DNA from: a virus
Lineage: Duplodnaviria; Heunggongvirae; Uroviricota; Caudoviricetes
IMG/VR virus record: IMGVR_UViG_3300044798_000244
Coordinates: 1 to 64,000 of that record
Strand: one strand, 5' to 3'
DNA length: 64,000 bases
Within the stretch, counting starts at the first letter, position 1. Each line of letters opens with the position of its first letter. Of this stretch, positions 47,417 to 56,578 are shown piece by piece. Under the pieces are notes generated by a model. It saw only the letters and a program-made list of their open reading frames with translations, did not search any database and was not told the origin of the DNA. The position numbers were made by a program, and so were the translations under genes.

Positions 47417-47638
47417 TCAAAGACAGAACATCTCCCGACGGAAGTTGCAATCTCGTTCCCACAGGTTCCGAAGCATTGTTGCCTCTTGTAGACTCATATC
47501 AGAAAAGTACTCCAAGAGCTTAGATGGAAGATCTTCATAATCAAATCCATCCTCGTAGTAAAGCTGTGTCAAGGAATCAAATACGTCTTTTTTGCACTGA
47601 GCATTAGAAGCTATATAGGGTTGTCGGCAGTGTTCCAT
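47417..47638 (-). CDS. hypothetical small protein
   Basis: 73 aa. Confidence 0.3.
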   Translation of the reverse strand: MEHCRQPYIASNAQCKKDVFDSLTQLYYEDGFDYEDLPSKLLEYFSDMSLQEATMLRNLWERDCNFRREMFCL

Positions 47639-47641
47639 AAA

Positions 47642-47965
47642 TTACTCCTTCGAGTATTTATCTACTGTGTCCATCGCTTGTGGAATCGTCTTGTAGTGAC
47701 CTTGGAAGAGACAGCTCTCCAAACTGCTGCAGGAGCGAGCGAAGTGTATCGTACCATCCTTCCATAAGAAGCCCTTCGAGTTGAGTACCTCGACATGTCC
47801 ATCACAACTATACTGTGTCGTAATCGTGAATCCTCTATACGGAAAGTCTGGTACGGAGATAGCCTTGTCCTTCGGCAAGAAATAGTGGGTCTCGTCGGGC
47901 AGATAGCATCCACCTAGAGCGCTCAATGTAATGATGAGTAGGACGACTGTGATAGCAGTTCTCAT
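47642..47965 (-). CDS. lipoprotein
   Basis: MRTAITVVLLIITLSALGGC is a signal peptide with a lipobox L-G-G-C. 107 aa. Confidence 0.5.
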   Translation of the reverse strand: MRTAITVVLLIITLSALGGCYLPDETHYFLPKDKAISVPDFPYRGFTITTQYSCDGHVEVLNSKGFLWKDGTIHFARSCSSLESCLFQGHYKTIPQAMDTVDKYSKE

Positions 47966-47996
47966 GATTAAGTTTATCTCCTTAGTTGTTCTACTC

Positions 47997-48236
47997 TTAA
48001 CCTACAACAAGCCGGTAGGCCAGCCTTCTATCATGTTCAATAGAAGCTGATTGCATTAAGATTTCAGCAGCATCAAGGTCTTCTTGAGAAATAGCGGGAT
48101 TCAACGTTAACTTCATGTAAACTGTGACGAGCCCACGTAGAGCGTTAGATACTTGTTCAGGGGTGTATTTAGAATCTCCCATGATGTTCTGAAATGTTAC
48201 CCGCTCAGTACGGAAGTACTCTATGTCTACACTCAT
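47997..48236 (-). CDS. hypothetical small protein
   Basis: 79 aa. Confidence 0.3.
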   Translation of the reverse strand: MSVDIEYFRTERVTFQNIMGDSKYTPEQVSNALRGLVTVYMKLTLNPAISQEDLDAAEILMQSASIEHDRRLAYRLVVG

Positions 48237-48238
48237 CT

Positions 48239-48712
48239 TCAGCTCTTCACAGCAACAATATCTTGTGCATCAACAATACGACACTTCTGGTCATTGTATT
48301 CTACTGGCGTACCACCTTTGGAAACCAGAACAACATCCCCAACTTTGGCCGGCATAAGATTTCTTTTCCGATTGCCTAAGATACGACCAGGGCCCACTGC
48401 TACCACTATAGCTTGAACTGATGTTTGGGACTTGTTTGGAAGAAGAATGCCTCCAGCAGTCTTGGTCTTAAGAGGATCATCTCTCACTATCAGCTTGTCA
48501 CCAAGAGGTCTAATCTTCATTTCTTGATCTCCTCCTTCCCTCTCGTAAGCATCTCGGTCCCACTTCCAAGCACCCTCAACAATCTTCATGTGAGATCCAC
48601 AGTACTGACACTTGTGAACTGAGCCTTCTCTAGTTGCTGTGCAATTCTCTTGAACATCTTGGATACAGCATCTAAGAAGGCCTCCTATGTGGATTGGAAT
48701 CATTTTCTTCAT
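48239..48712 (-). CDS. groES: GroES-family co-chaperonin with an N-terminal zinc-ribbon extension
   Basis: The C-terminal 95 aa, MKIRPLGDKLIVRDDPLKTKTAGGILLPNKSQTSVQAIVVAVGPGRI...VGDVVLVSKGG...DIVAVK, aligns with GroES. N-terminal CCIQ..C..C...CQYCG. Confidence 0.65.
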   Translation of the reverse strand: MKKMIPIHIGGLLRCCIQDVQENCTATREGSVHKCQYCGSHMKIVEGAWKWDRDAYEREGGDQEMKIRPLGDKLIVRDDPLKTKTAGGILLPNKSQTSVQAIVVAVGPGRILGNRKRNLMPAKVGDVVLVSKGGTPVEYNDQKCRIVDAQDIVAVKS

Positions 48713-48951
48713 TGTTGCTGCGTCCCTTTATACAGAAAGCAATACCTGCCAGTGGTGGGGGCGGGAACATACTTGACTAATCCACCCAACGTACCACATC
48801 CGACGCAAACATGAAGCCTGTTCATATCATCTTGGCTGGTAAAGGTCCCACAGTACTTGCACAACCACATCGGAGAATGAAACCAATCCTCCTTAGGATG
48901 CACTTCTTTCGGCCTCGGATACAGAACCTCGTTCGAAAAATTGATATTCAT
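48709..48951 (-). CDS. small zinc-ribbon protein
   Basis: 80 aa with CKYCG...CVGCG. Confidence 0.35.
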   Translation of the reverse strand: MNINFSNEVLYPRPKEVHPKEDWFHSPMWLCKYCGTFTSQDDMNRLHVCVGCGTLGGLVKYVPAPTTGRYCFLYKGTQQQ

Positions 48952-48978
48952 CTTACTACCTTTCTATTGTGTGAATCC

Positions 48979-49173
48979 TTAAGCGGTTTCTCTAGGAGTA
49001 CCCTCTGTAGATCTGTGGGGGTCTTGTTCTTGAAACACCTGATCCATCACCTTCGCTTGTTTGAGGAACGGATCTTGATGGGCGTGTCTCTGTTTATACT
49101 GCTTTGCCACTTCGGAATTAACTCCATGGCAGTGTAGCAATCTAGTGTACTCAGTAATAGACGGTTTTGTCAT
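48979..49173 (-). CDS. hypothetical small protein
   Basis: 64 aa. Confidence 0.25.
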   Translation of the reverse strand: MTKPSITEYTRLLHCHGVNSEVAKQYKQRHAHQDPFLKQAKVMDQVFQEQDPHRSTEGTPRETA

Positions 49174-49280
49174 CTTCGGTTCACCTTTTCAACTAATATC
49201 CAATACTATCATCAAAGGATTCATCTTCACGGAGATCTTCATTATCTTCATCATCAACAAAAATTCCATCATAATTGATT

Positions 49281-49763
49281 TTATCTTTCCCAGCCTTCCC
49301 AGTCTTCATCAAGTTCGGTATCAATGACAATCTTCTCATCATCAGCAGTAATCGTAAAGATTCCGCCCTCTGCTTCGAAGATAAGATGCTGCTTGATATC
49401 AAGAACAGTACCTAGAGCATTTTTCTTGATGAGCTCTTCGGTGATCTTCCACATCAAAGCAGGTACGATTCCAATCACTCCGGCATCAACTGGGTACTTT
49501 CGACCTTGGAGATCCACATACTCACCATCACCATAAGCTGTACTGGCAACTGCAAAAGACTCAATGCACTCACCTATACCATCATCCGTCAAGGTGAACT
49601 GTCCCTCTTCATAGTTGTACTTCTTGCCCCAGATGATCTTGTAGATAGCATCCTGCAGAACGTAGCAAATGTCTCCAAGATAGTACTTGCCTGGACCAAA
49701 TTCAGCTCTCATTATTATCTCCTCCAATGCACCAGCTGTTTTCGTATATTTTCTTGAGTTCAT
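49281..49763 (-). CDS. hypothetical protein
   Basis: 160 aa. Confidence 0.4.
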   Translation of the reverse strand: MNSRKYTKTAGALEEIIMRAEFGPGKYYLGDICYVLQDAIYKIIWGKKYNYEEGQFTLTDDGIGECIESFAVASTAYGDGEYVDLQGRKYPVDAGVIGIVPALMWKITEELIKKNALGTVLDIKQHLIFEAEGGIFTITADDEKIVIDTELDEDWEGWER

Positions 49764-49827
49764 CTTCCTTGAATGTAAGCAAAATCAGACTTATCAGGAT
49801 CCCTAAGGTATCGTCCTTGTCATGCTA

Positions 49828-50346
49828 TTATACTGGTTTATCGTGTTCAGGACCATAAAGAACTGGTATCAGTCCTAGTATATCTTTCAGCTGGTTAAAT
49901 GACACAGGAGTAAAGTTATTAGCATCTACTCCTACATCCCACTGCTTTCCAATTGGAGGAAGTGTACCATGCGAGTGTCCGTACAGCTGCCAGGCTCCGT
50001 GGTGGGCCCTTTCCCAGGTTCTCATTGCGTAGTGGCACACAACCACGAACTGACCTTCTATCATCTTTCTCCACATGAACTTCGATGAATCTGGTAACCA
50101 AAGGTCGTGGCTTCCTTTGATGAAGATATGATTACCGTTGAGTCGGGTAATAGTACTCAAAGCACAAACTGGTTTCTTAAACCAACCGAAGTCTCCAGCA
50201 TGGACTGTGATGTCATTCTTTCCAACTACTCGATTATGATTAGCAATCAAGGTTTCGTTCATCTCTTCTACGGTAGCAAAGGGACGATGACAGTACTCGA
50301 TGATCTTTGCGTGGTCGTAATGCTCATCAGCTGTGAAGAAGTGCAT
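49828..50346 (-). CDS. calcineurin-like metallophosphoesterase
   Basis: GDFG, GNHI and GHSHG motifs in the order typical of the metallophosphoesterase fold. 172 aa. Confidence 0.55.
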   Translation of the reverse strand: MHFFTADEHYDHAKIIEYCHRPFATVEEMNETLIANHNRVVGKNDITVHAGDFGWFKKPVCALSTITRLNGNHIFIKGSHDLWLPDSSKFMWRKMIEGQFVVVCHYAMRTWERAHHGAWQLYGHSHGTLPPIGKQWDVGVDANNFTPVSFNQLKDILGLIPVLYGPEHDKPV

Positions 50347-50355
50347 AATTAGATC

Positions 50356-50535
50356 CTACCAATCTACTAGACCATCTTTAGGACAGTACCACCATATTCC
50401 CCTAACATCAGAGCATATTGCGACCGGAACGATCTTACCGCACTTCGGACAAGGAGCTTCTCCTCGGGCACTGTGTCCATTCTCATTTTCTCGTATATTC
50501 ACTGTATCCTTCGGAAGCATATCTCTTGCGGTCAT
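50356..50535 (-). CDS. 59-aa zinc-ribbon protein, below the 60-aa ORF-track cutoff
   Basis: Hand translation: MTARDMLPKDTVNIRENENGHSARGEAPCPKCGKIVPVAICSDVRGIWWYCPKDGLVDW, with an ATG start. Confidence 0.3.
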   Translation of the reverse strand: MTARDMLPKDTVNIRENENGHSARGEAPCPKCGKIVPVAICSDVRGIWWYCPKDGLVDW

Positions 50536-50548
50536 GTATTATTCTACT

Positions 50549-50725
50549 CTACTTAGAAGGAAATAGCCTTCGGAAATGCTCCCAGGCCCAGATAGAACAT
50601 CTGATTCCGAGATGAGCACGAAAGAAGTTGAATGTACAAGTAGCTACCAATCCATCTACTATCACTAGTGGTCCCCAGCCCAACCAGTTGCAGACGAAGA
50701 ACAGAATATAGCAAAGAGTTTTCAT
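50549..50725 (-). CDS. 58-aa single-pass membrane protein with an ATG start. This is an alternative to the TTG-start frame ORF 50553..50747.
   Basis: MKTLCYILFFVCNWLGWGPLVIVDGLVATCTFNFFRAH..., preceded by a hairpin at 50749..50785. Confidence 0.25.
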   Translation of the reverse strand: MKTLCYILFFVCNWLGWGPLVIVDGLVATCTFNFFRAHLGIRCSIWAWEHFRRLFPSK

Positions 50726-50816
50726 GCGTTGGTCTCCTCAACAACAAGAAGAGGCGGTAGGTTGATAAGGCCTCCGCCTCTTGCTCTCTGAATGGGCTTG
50801 TAGCCCAAATGTATTG

Positions 50817-51020
50817 TTACTCCGAACCAAGGAACAACTTGGTCAGGATGGGGTGCTTCTGTCGCCAGTTCAAAGTAAGATGGCAATCAAAACTCTCAGG
50901 ACAATTCCGACCAGCACAGCTATTACCACAGGTGTAGCAGACGTGATTTCTCAAGAAGAAGTTTCTAATCTTTCTACGCATGTGAGATCTCCTCTGGTTT
51001 CTGAGGGTGGGAGCTGTCAT
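50817..51020 (-). CDS. 67-aa basic Cys-rich protein. It is the C-terminal part of track ORF 50817..51434, whose upstream portion is a shadow.
   Basis: MTAPTLRNQRRSHMRRKIRNFFLRNHVCYTCGNSCAGRNCPESFDCH..., starting 44 nt after the stop of 51064..51483. Confidence 0.25.
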   Translation of the reverse strand: MTAPTLRNQRRSHMRRKIRNFFLRNHVCYTCGNSCAGRNCPESFDCHLTLNWRQKHPILTKLFLGSE

Positions 51021-51063
51021 CGGTGATCTCCTCGGCCCCCACCTTACATCTCCATCATCTTGT

Positions 51064-51483
51064 CTACGCAGCCACCGGCACTGCCATTCTCTTCTTTGTA
51101 TCGGCCAAGATCGTCTGGGCCGAGCTCTTGGCGGTCTTCTCATCGTAGCCACCTTCGGTGATATACTTCTGGGCAATAGCGTTGATGATTGTCTCATCCA
51201 AAGCTTGGTCCGTCGGATTGACAAGCAAGCTTCGGCACAGCTTGACCACACCTTTGACCGGCTTGCGACGCTCGTTCTTCTCCTGCTCCTTAACGATGTC
51301 GAGAAGGGTGACCGGCTCGGTCGACACAACGACCTCATTCGGGGACACGAGCTGGAGGACATCTGTGATATGAGCGATGCCCTGCTCCTTGGTTCGGAAC
51401 TTCTTGATCTGCTTGTCAGAGCTGACACTGGCATTGTACAGTGCCGTGAGCTCGACGATGGTCATGTCGTTCAGGTTCTTCAT
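51064..51483 (-). CDS. hypothetical protein
   Basis: 139 aa with good protein-like composition. The overlapping Arg/Ser-rich frame is rejected. Confidence 0.4.
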   Translation of the reverse strand: MKNLNDMTIVELTALYNASVSSDKQIKKFRTKEQGIAHITDVLQLVSPNEVVVSTEPVTLLDIVKEQEKNERRKPVKGVVKLCRSLLVNPTDQALDETIINAIAQKYITEGGYDEKTAKSSAQTILADTKKRMAVPVAA

Positions 51484-51589
51484 CTTTGTCTCTCCTATTT
51501 AGTTGCTTGTTGGTTTCGACTTATGTTGTTGATTATACTTATAGTATAAAGTCTACTACCAACAATGCCAACTAGAAAAGAGAAAAATG

Positions 51590-53599
51590 TCAAAAATCTT
51601 TTTCCTCCTCAATCGGCTCAGCCTTATCACCTCTTACCTCAGCCAAAATCTTCTGCAAGCCAGCTTCATCCTTCACAGTAGCCACCTTGGCCTCCCCAAC
51701 AAGGTTCTTCCAGGTCAGGGCATCTCTTTTAGTAAACCAGAGAACCTTCTTCATGTCTACTACGGTAGTCTTGTCGTGTGTAGACACAGCTTCAAAGATG
51801 TTAGCTTTCTTCGCTGCTTTCTCACCCTTCTTATCAATAATCGGTAGGTAGGAGGTCAGGTCTAAGTTCTCTATCGGGCGTCTGTAGAGCTTACGCCATG
51901 GGTAGATACTCTCTTGTACCTTACTTGCCACCACCGGTTCAGGACGAAGCCGCACAGGTCGTCTAGCAGCAGGAGCTTGGCCAGGGGTCGCCTCTTCGGG
52001 CTTCCGTTCACCACCCTTCGCTCCTTCAGCTTCCACTTGACCACCAGCAACCTGTGCAGCTTGAGCTCTCCGTAGCATCTCTTCTTCCTTTTCGATAACA
52101 TCGGGGCTCTTGTAGAAGTCCTCAATGTTAAAATCTTCGAGTTTCAAGATCTTGTCATTATAATACGCCCAGACCTTTACCAAATCAATCTTCCGACCAG
52201 CAACCATCTTTAGAGTCTTGAGGAGTTGTGTAAATGTTCGCATACCAGCTTCGAGACCTTTCCTAAGCTGCTCTTCCTCTGCTGCTGATGTCTCAGCCAT
52301 GTGAACTTGGAAGAGGTTCGGATCAGGATCCATTCCTTTATAGGCCAGATGAATCTGACAGAGTCTCGTAACCCCGGCAATTATTGCTCGCTGTATCCTT
52401 CTTGCTGATCTACTAAATCGAATGTCTAATTTACCAATAGATTCACTTCCTAAGGACCCTGTAGCCTCCGATACATATGCTCCTCCAAGTGCTGGAGGCG
52501 TAGCCAATGAGAACGCCAGCTGCTGCCTCAGGTTATCTACATCTACGATCCATCTGATATCTGCTTCCCCACCAATCTTCTCATACTTCAGATCATCACT
52601 CGATCCCCACACCGGAACGAAAATATCTTCAATCACTGTTAGAGGGTTCTGTTTGGAATCAAAGCTTGGGTTGTCTGATCCGGTATTGATACTTCGAGCG
52701 TGTGTAATCAGAGCTGCGTATTGATCCATTAAGGCAGACACAGCTTCAGAGTTGTTCATGTCCACCTTCATTTTCCAGATGTACCGGATGATGCCCCTCG
52801 TCACACGGGCTAACAAGAGGGAGTCTTCTGCCAGTCTCAATCGCTTATACGCTGGGAGGGCGTTAACTGGAATACCTGTGCCATATCTCGTGGTGAGCTG
52901 TTTGGTATCTGCTCCTGTAATAAGATGGATCTGTCGCATCTCTGTATAGCCAGGATCATTAAAACGAGGTCGTTTCTTCTTCGCTCCTAGTAATCGGAAG
53001 TGCACATATCGCCACGGTGGAATCAGGTCAGCTTTATCACTATCATTCGCTTGTCCTTGTGGGCTATGGTAGAATCCAACCAGAACGCCATTATAATCCA
53101 CTCTACTGATAGTCATCGGATGCATACTGTCATCTACATTTACTACACCCAGACCCGGAGCACCCACGACCTCCATGAACAGATCTCCATAGGCTGCTGT
53201 ACTATACGCCCAGTCGTGGATCTTCTCTTCTACTCCAATACGGTCGATGAGGTTTGATAGCTCTTGCTGATACGTAGCACTATCACTTGAGACCCAAACT
53301 GTAGAGTTTCTGATTGGATTATATGTTGATGCAACATTGGCGTACAATTCAAGGGCGCTGCCCACAAACCAATGCTCAAGAGATCTTTCTATTTCACTAT
53401 ACATGTTCCATCTATCGTAGCTGACCTGGATATCTGCTTCGATAGAATGTTGTACCATTGAAGCTGTTACGCCTGCTTTTCTTAACAAGGCGAGAGCTTC
53501 TTTACTCCACTTCTGATCACCCTTAAACGTATCCGCTGGGATCATTGGAGGTCGTGGACTAATGTCAGGAAGGAGTTGACGAAATGGGTTTGTTGCCAT
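51590..53599 (-). CDS. portal protein (gp20-like)
   Basis: 669 aa, the largest ORF near the terminase genes. It precedes the head-morphogenesis genes. Acidic, helix-rich C-terminus. The call rests on context and size. Confidence 0.5.
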   Translation of the reverse strand: MATNPFRQLLPDISPRPPMIPADTFKGDQKWSKEALALLRKAGVTASMVQHSIEADIQVSYDRWNMYSEIERSLEHWFVGSALELYANVASTYNPIRNSTVWVSSDSATYQQELSNLIDRIGVEEKIHDWAYSTAAYGDLFMEVVGAPGLGVVNVDDSMHPMTISRVDYNGVLVGFYHSPQGQANDSDKADLIPPWRYVHFRLLGAKKKRPRFNDPGYTEMRQIHLITGADTKQLTTRYGTGIPVNALPAYKRLRLAEDSLLLARVTRGIIRYIWKMKVDMNNSEAVSALMDQYAALITHARSINTGSDNPSFDSKQNPLTVIEDIFVPVWGSSDDLKYEKIGGEADIRWIVDVDNLRQQLAFSLATPPALGGAYVSEATGSLGSESIGKLDIRFSRSARRIQRAIIAGVTRLCQIHLAYKGMDPDPNLFQVHMAETSAAEEEQLRKGLEAGMRTFTQLLKTLKMVAGRKIDLVKVWAYYNDKILKLEDFNIEDFYKSPDVIEKEEEMLRRAQAAQVAGGQVEAEGAKGGERKPEEATPGQAPAARRPVRLRPEPVVASKVQESIYPWRKLYRRPIENLDLTSYLPIIDKKGEKAAKKANIFEAVSTHDKTTVVDMKKVLWFTKRDALTWKNLVGEAKVATVKDEAGLQKILAEVRGDKAEPIEEEKDF

Positions 53600-53887
53600 T
53601 GTGAGTGAGTTTCCCTTCTCTTCTATTTTATTTTATTTTATTTCTCTTGGGCTTACATACTTAGAGGACTCCTCAAGTCATATTTTAGTATAATCTTAGA
53701 GACCTCTGTATATAAATAAAGTACGTTGACTTGACTTCGGGAAGAGTTATGTAGATTTGGTTGGTTTTTATCTAATAAGATGGTGATCTGCTATTTCTTT
53801 TGAGAAAGCATCTTCTCTTTCAAGTGCCCAGTTGATTGCATCCCGAGTCGCCTCAATCGCACTTAGGCCAGGTGTGAGTTGTCTTCA

Positions 53888-54226
53888 TTATTCTACCTCA
53901 TCTAAACATTCGTCCACTAGAGAAATTTCTCCGGTAGCTCTGATTATCAAGATATGTTCTACATTTCTCTTGGTTCGAACCACCACTACCAGAAGCGGAG
54001 GGCTAAAAGATATTGTACGGATAGACCATCCAGCTACTGGAGGATGCGTTCCAGTGGAAAGACAATCAAGGAGATACTCCAGAGCTCGAACTGTTTCGCC
54101 CATCTCAGAGTGGGTAACAATGCTCCCTAGAAAAGAACTAAAGAGAGCACTATTCACCGTGAGAAGTGCTATATCATCATACAAGTCGAAGAGTTCTTCT
54201 TTGGAGAAAGGCATTGTTCTAATCAT
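53888..54226 (-). CDS. hypothetical protein
   Basis: 112 aa. Preferred over the overlapping Ser/Arg-rich plus ORF 53832..54245. Confidence 0.3.
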   Translation of the reverse strand: MIRTMPFSKEELFDLYDDIALLTVNSALFSSFLGSIVTHSEMGETVRALEYLLDCLSTGTHPPVAGWSIRTISFSPPLLVVVVRTKRNVEHILIIRATGEISLVDECLDEVE

Positions 54227-54587
54227 TCAGTTTGATGAGTTTTAGACTTGGCTTTCCAGGGGTGGGCTTCAAGGGCTCTTGCTCTTCAGGTTTGGGGCCA
54301 ATAGCGATCTCTTCGTTCTGCATCTTCCACAGAGCCATGTCCTTCGTACAATCGACCAGAATAGCTGGGCCAGCGAACTGAAGCTGAGCTCCAGGCTTAC
54401 CTAGAGGGTTACCATCAGGACCAGAAAGATCTGTTGGAATCGTAGCTGGAGCAACGAAGCAGATTAAGTCAACATTGATAGGGACGTCCTTGATCACCAT
54501 CACAGAAATTCCATTCTGCTTAGTCTGTTGAATATTGACAATGTCGAAGTTGACCCATCTCATCTTGCTTTCTCCTCTACTTAGCAT
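54219..54587 (-). CDS. hypothetical protein
   Basis: 122 aa. Confidence 0.35.
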   Translation of the reverse strand: MLSRGESKMRWVNFDIVNIQQTKQNGISVMVIKDVPINVDLICFVAPATIPTDLSGPDGNPLGKPGAQLQFAGPAILVDCTKDMALWKMQNEEIAIGPKPEEQEPLKPTPGKPSLKLIKLND

Positions 54588-54666
54588 TAGTATTTACGTT
54601 AGGTGTGGTGAAAGCTGAAGAGGTTACCATAAGCAACGTTGCAACTTCACCACACCTTACACATCA

Positions 54667-55476
54667 TTATACTGCTTCTGGCCTCAACCTTTCCATTGTG
54701 TTATGATATTCCCGAACACAATTTCCACAATACTTGCATCCACTCTTGCCCTTCTCACCTTCAATCTTGCCACATGAATAGACCAGTGGGTTGTCCTCAT
54801 ACCGGGCCATGCTCTTTCGCCAGGCATCAGTTGTAATGGCCCAGTACTCATTAAGCGTTCGCTTTCGAAAGATGTAGCCCATAACTACCTCATCAGGATA
54901 GCCTTTAAGTATTGCCTCTGGTGTTTTGTGATAAGCCATGAAGGTCAGGACCACTGGAACAGGCACATCTCTATGTGTATAGTATTCTACAGCTCTATCA
55001 CACAAATCGAGATTCCAGAGATTTGTACGGAATCGAACGAACATGAGATTAGGAGGAACATCCACTTTGTGAAAATCCACATCCGTCATCTTTCCAGGAT
55101 TGAGAGTCAGTACGACCGGGGCCTGGGCGTAGTCAACTGTTTCGTCGTGCCCCGACCATGTGCGACAGGTAACGATTGGGAAATCGAGATTAGGAATCGC
55201 TGTATTGTAGAACTTGTGCTGGTAGTTCTCGGTTGCATCAAGAACTAACTTCTTCTGCACATTCGAATCATGTCCATCATTAACTCTTATAATAGCAGTT
55301 GTATTTTTCGGAGGCATGTTGGGCAGATTGTCAAACAGAGGTTCAAGATAAGACCTCCCCGATTGGAAGAAGCAATCTTCACAGTTGTTAGGGCATACTC
55401 CGGTCTGCGGAATCGCACACAGGATACCACTGCCTTTGGTTTTAGGATTTTCGATGTACATATTACTACCTTTCAC
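54667..55476 (-). CDS. radical-SAM-like protein (CxxxCxxC) with an extra C-terminal Cys cluster
   Basis: GSGILCAIPQTGVCPNNCEDCFF has a Gly-rich stretch followed by CxxxCxxC, the layout seen in QueE/NrdG-type activases. C-terminal CGKIEGEKGKSGCKYCGNC. Confidence 0.4.
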   Translation of the reverse strand: MKGSNMYIENPKTKGSGILCAIPQTGVCPNNCEDCFFQSGRSYLEPLFDNLPNMPPKNTTAIIRVNDGHDSNVQKKLVLDATENYQHKFYNTAIPNLDFPIVTCRTWSGHDETVDYAQAPVVLTLNPGKMTDVDFHKVDVPPNLMFVRFRTNLWNLDLCDRAVEYYTHRDVPVPVVLTFMAYHKTPEAILKGYPDEVVMGYIFRKRTLNEYWAITTDAWRKSMARYEDNPLVYSCGKIEGEKGKSGCKYCGNCVREYHNTMERLRPEAV

Positions 55477-56192
55477 TCAAAGTTTGGGTTGATCCAATTA
55501 ACAATCCACTCTTCCTGATCTTTTATCGTTCGGTTTCTGTTATCAACAATCTGGTCAAATAGAACAGGATTTTTTAACCATGTAGCATGCATATCCTGGA
55601 TCTGAGTCTTCTGCTCTGTTGTAAGCATCTCAGGCCTTATAGCACGGAAGATATTATTCGTATTAAGATCCCACCGCAGCAAGGTAGCCCACATCGCTGT
55701 GTCTAAAGCTGTCTCACTTTCATGCTGATCTTCAAACTCGAAAGGTGCCCGCAACAACCGGACAACCTTACCACCATGCTCCTGAATATATCGAAGCTCA
55801 TTGGGAAACCGAACATCTGGTGTGAGGACTAAAGGAACAAGCGTCTGTTCTGGCTTCAGAGGATAAAGAACACTTTTTAGAGATTTTCCATAAGCATTGA
55901 TCCAGCAATCACCATAAGTATGCCGAAACCAATCAGTGCCTACTAACTGAAGCAGTTGACGCACGGTTTTACCACAAGGCAAGACAGTGTTCTTCTTCTC
56001 ATCAGAGTCCAGATTATCAACACGCCAATCCCACTCTGGTGGAACGAAGCAGTCAATAACGATTTCTTTGAGCTTGTCAGCGAACCGGAGCACCTTCCAA
56101 CATGGAAGCTGGGTTTTCAAGATATTAACGAATGTACTCTTCCCACCCTGCTTCTTCGCTGACACCCCTATGATGTTCATCTGTGAATCCAT
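55473..56192 (-). CDS. deoxynucleoside monophosphate kinase (T4 gp1 family)
   Basis: P-loop GVSAKKQGGKST, like T4 GVKRSGKDTT. VLTPDVRFPNE matches T4 VPDTRQDHE. 239 aa, against 241 aa in T4. Confidence 0.55.
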   Translation of the reverse strand: MDSQMNIIGVSAKKQGGKSTFVNILKTQLPCWKVLRFADKLKEIVIDCFVPPEWDWRVDNLDSDEKKNTVLPCGKTVRQLLQLVGTDWFRHTYGDCWINAYGKSLKSVLYPLKPEQTLVPLVLTPDVRFPNELRYIQEHGGKVVRLLRAPFEFEDQHESETALDTAMWATLLRWDLNTNNIFRAIRPEMLTTEQKTQIQDMHATWLKNPVLFDQIVDNRNRTIKDQEEWIVNWINPNFE

Positions 56193-56377
56193 CTCCTAAT
56201 CCTTATTCTGAAATTGAACAACTTGTAGCTGAGCTTCTTCAAATACTTCGTGTACCAGGACTTACTCTTCTCAGCCTCAACCTGTGCAGTGAACTTCTGA
56301 CGGTACATCTCAGCAAATAATTGTCTTAGATTACTAAAGGAGCTGTCAAGTTGATGTTTCTGTTTTCGGTTTTTCAT
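56177..56377 (-). CDS. hypothetical small basic protein
   Basis: 66 aa. Confidence 0.25.
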   Translation of the reverse strand: MKNRKQKHQLDSSFSNLRQLFAEMYRQKFTAQVEAEKSKSWYTKYLKKLSYKLFNFRIRIRRWIHR

Positions 56378-56573
56378 CTTTCACTCCACCTCTTGCAATA
56401 TCTCTTCCAGGCCAGTCCTTTCCGCAGAAAATCACTCCGCCTCCCTTGCCTATCAATCGTCTCAGCATCTTGAATCCGCAGTTAGGGCACTTCTTCAACA
56501 GTTCTGCTGTGATAGACTGAAAAGTTTCGAATTTGTGCTGACACGCATCACAACAATAATCATAATGTGGCAT
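56346..56573 (-). CDS. FmdB-family zinc-ribbon protein
   Basis: MPHYDYCCDACQHKFETFQS...CPNCG is the FmdB signature. Confidence 0.55.
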   Translation of the reverse strand: MPHYDYCCDACQHKFETFQSITAELLKKCPNCGFKMLRRLIGKGGGVIFCGKDWPGRDIARGGVKDEKPKTETST

Positions 56574-56578
56574 ATACT

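Noticed and set aside
50817-51434. 205-aa minus ORF extremely rich in Arg, Ser and Pro
   Set aside because: Upstream of about 51020 it overlaps the well-formed gene 51064..51483 in another frame and has shadow-like composition. Only the C-terminal 67 aa are kept as a candidate.
53711-53718. TATAAATA, the exact T4 late-promoter consensus
   Set aside because: It is on the plus strand, pointing away from all credible genes. The only downstream plus ORF (53832..54245) is a Ser/Arg-rich shadow. No correctly oriented copies (TATTTATA on plus) were found upstream of structural genes. The phage encodes a sigma-70-type factor instead.
53832-54245. 137-aa plus-strand ORF overlapping minus ORF 53888..54226
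   Set aside because: Ser/Arg/Thr-rich low-complexity translation. The minus-strand partner has normal composition and matches the uniform strand bias.
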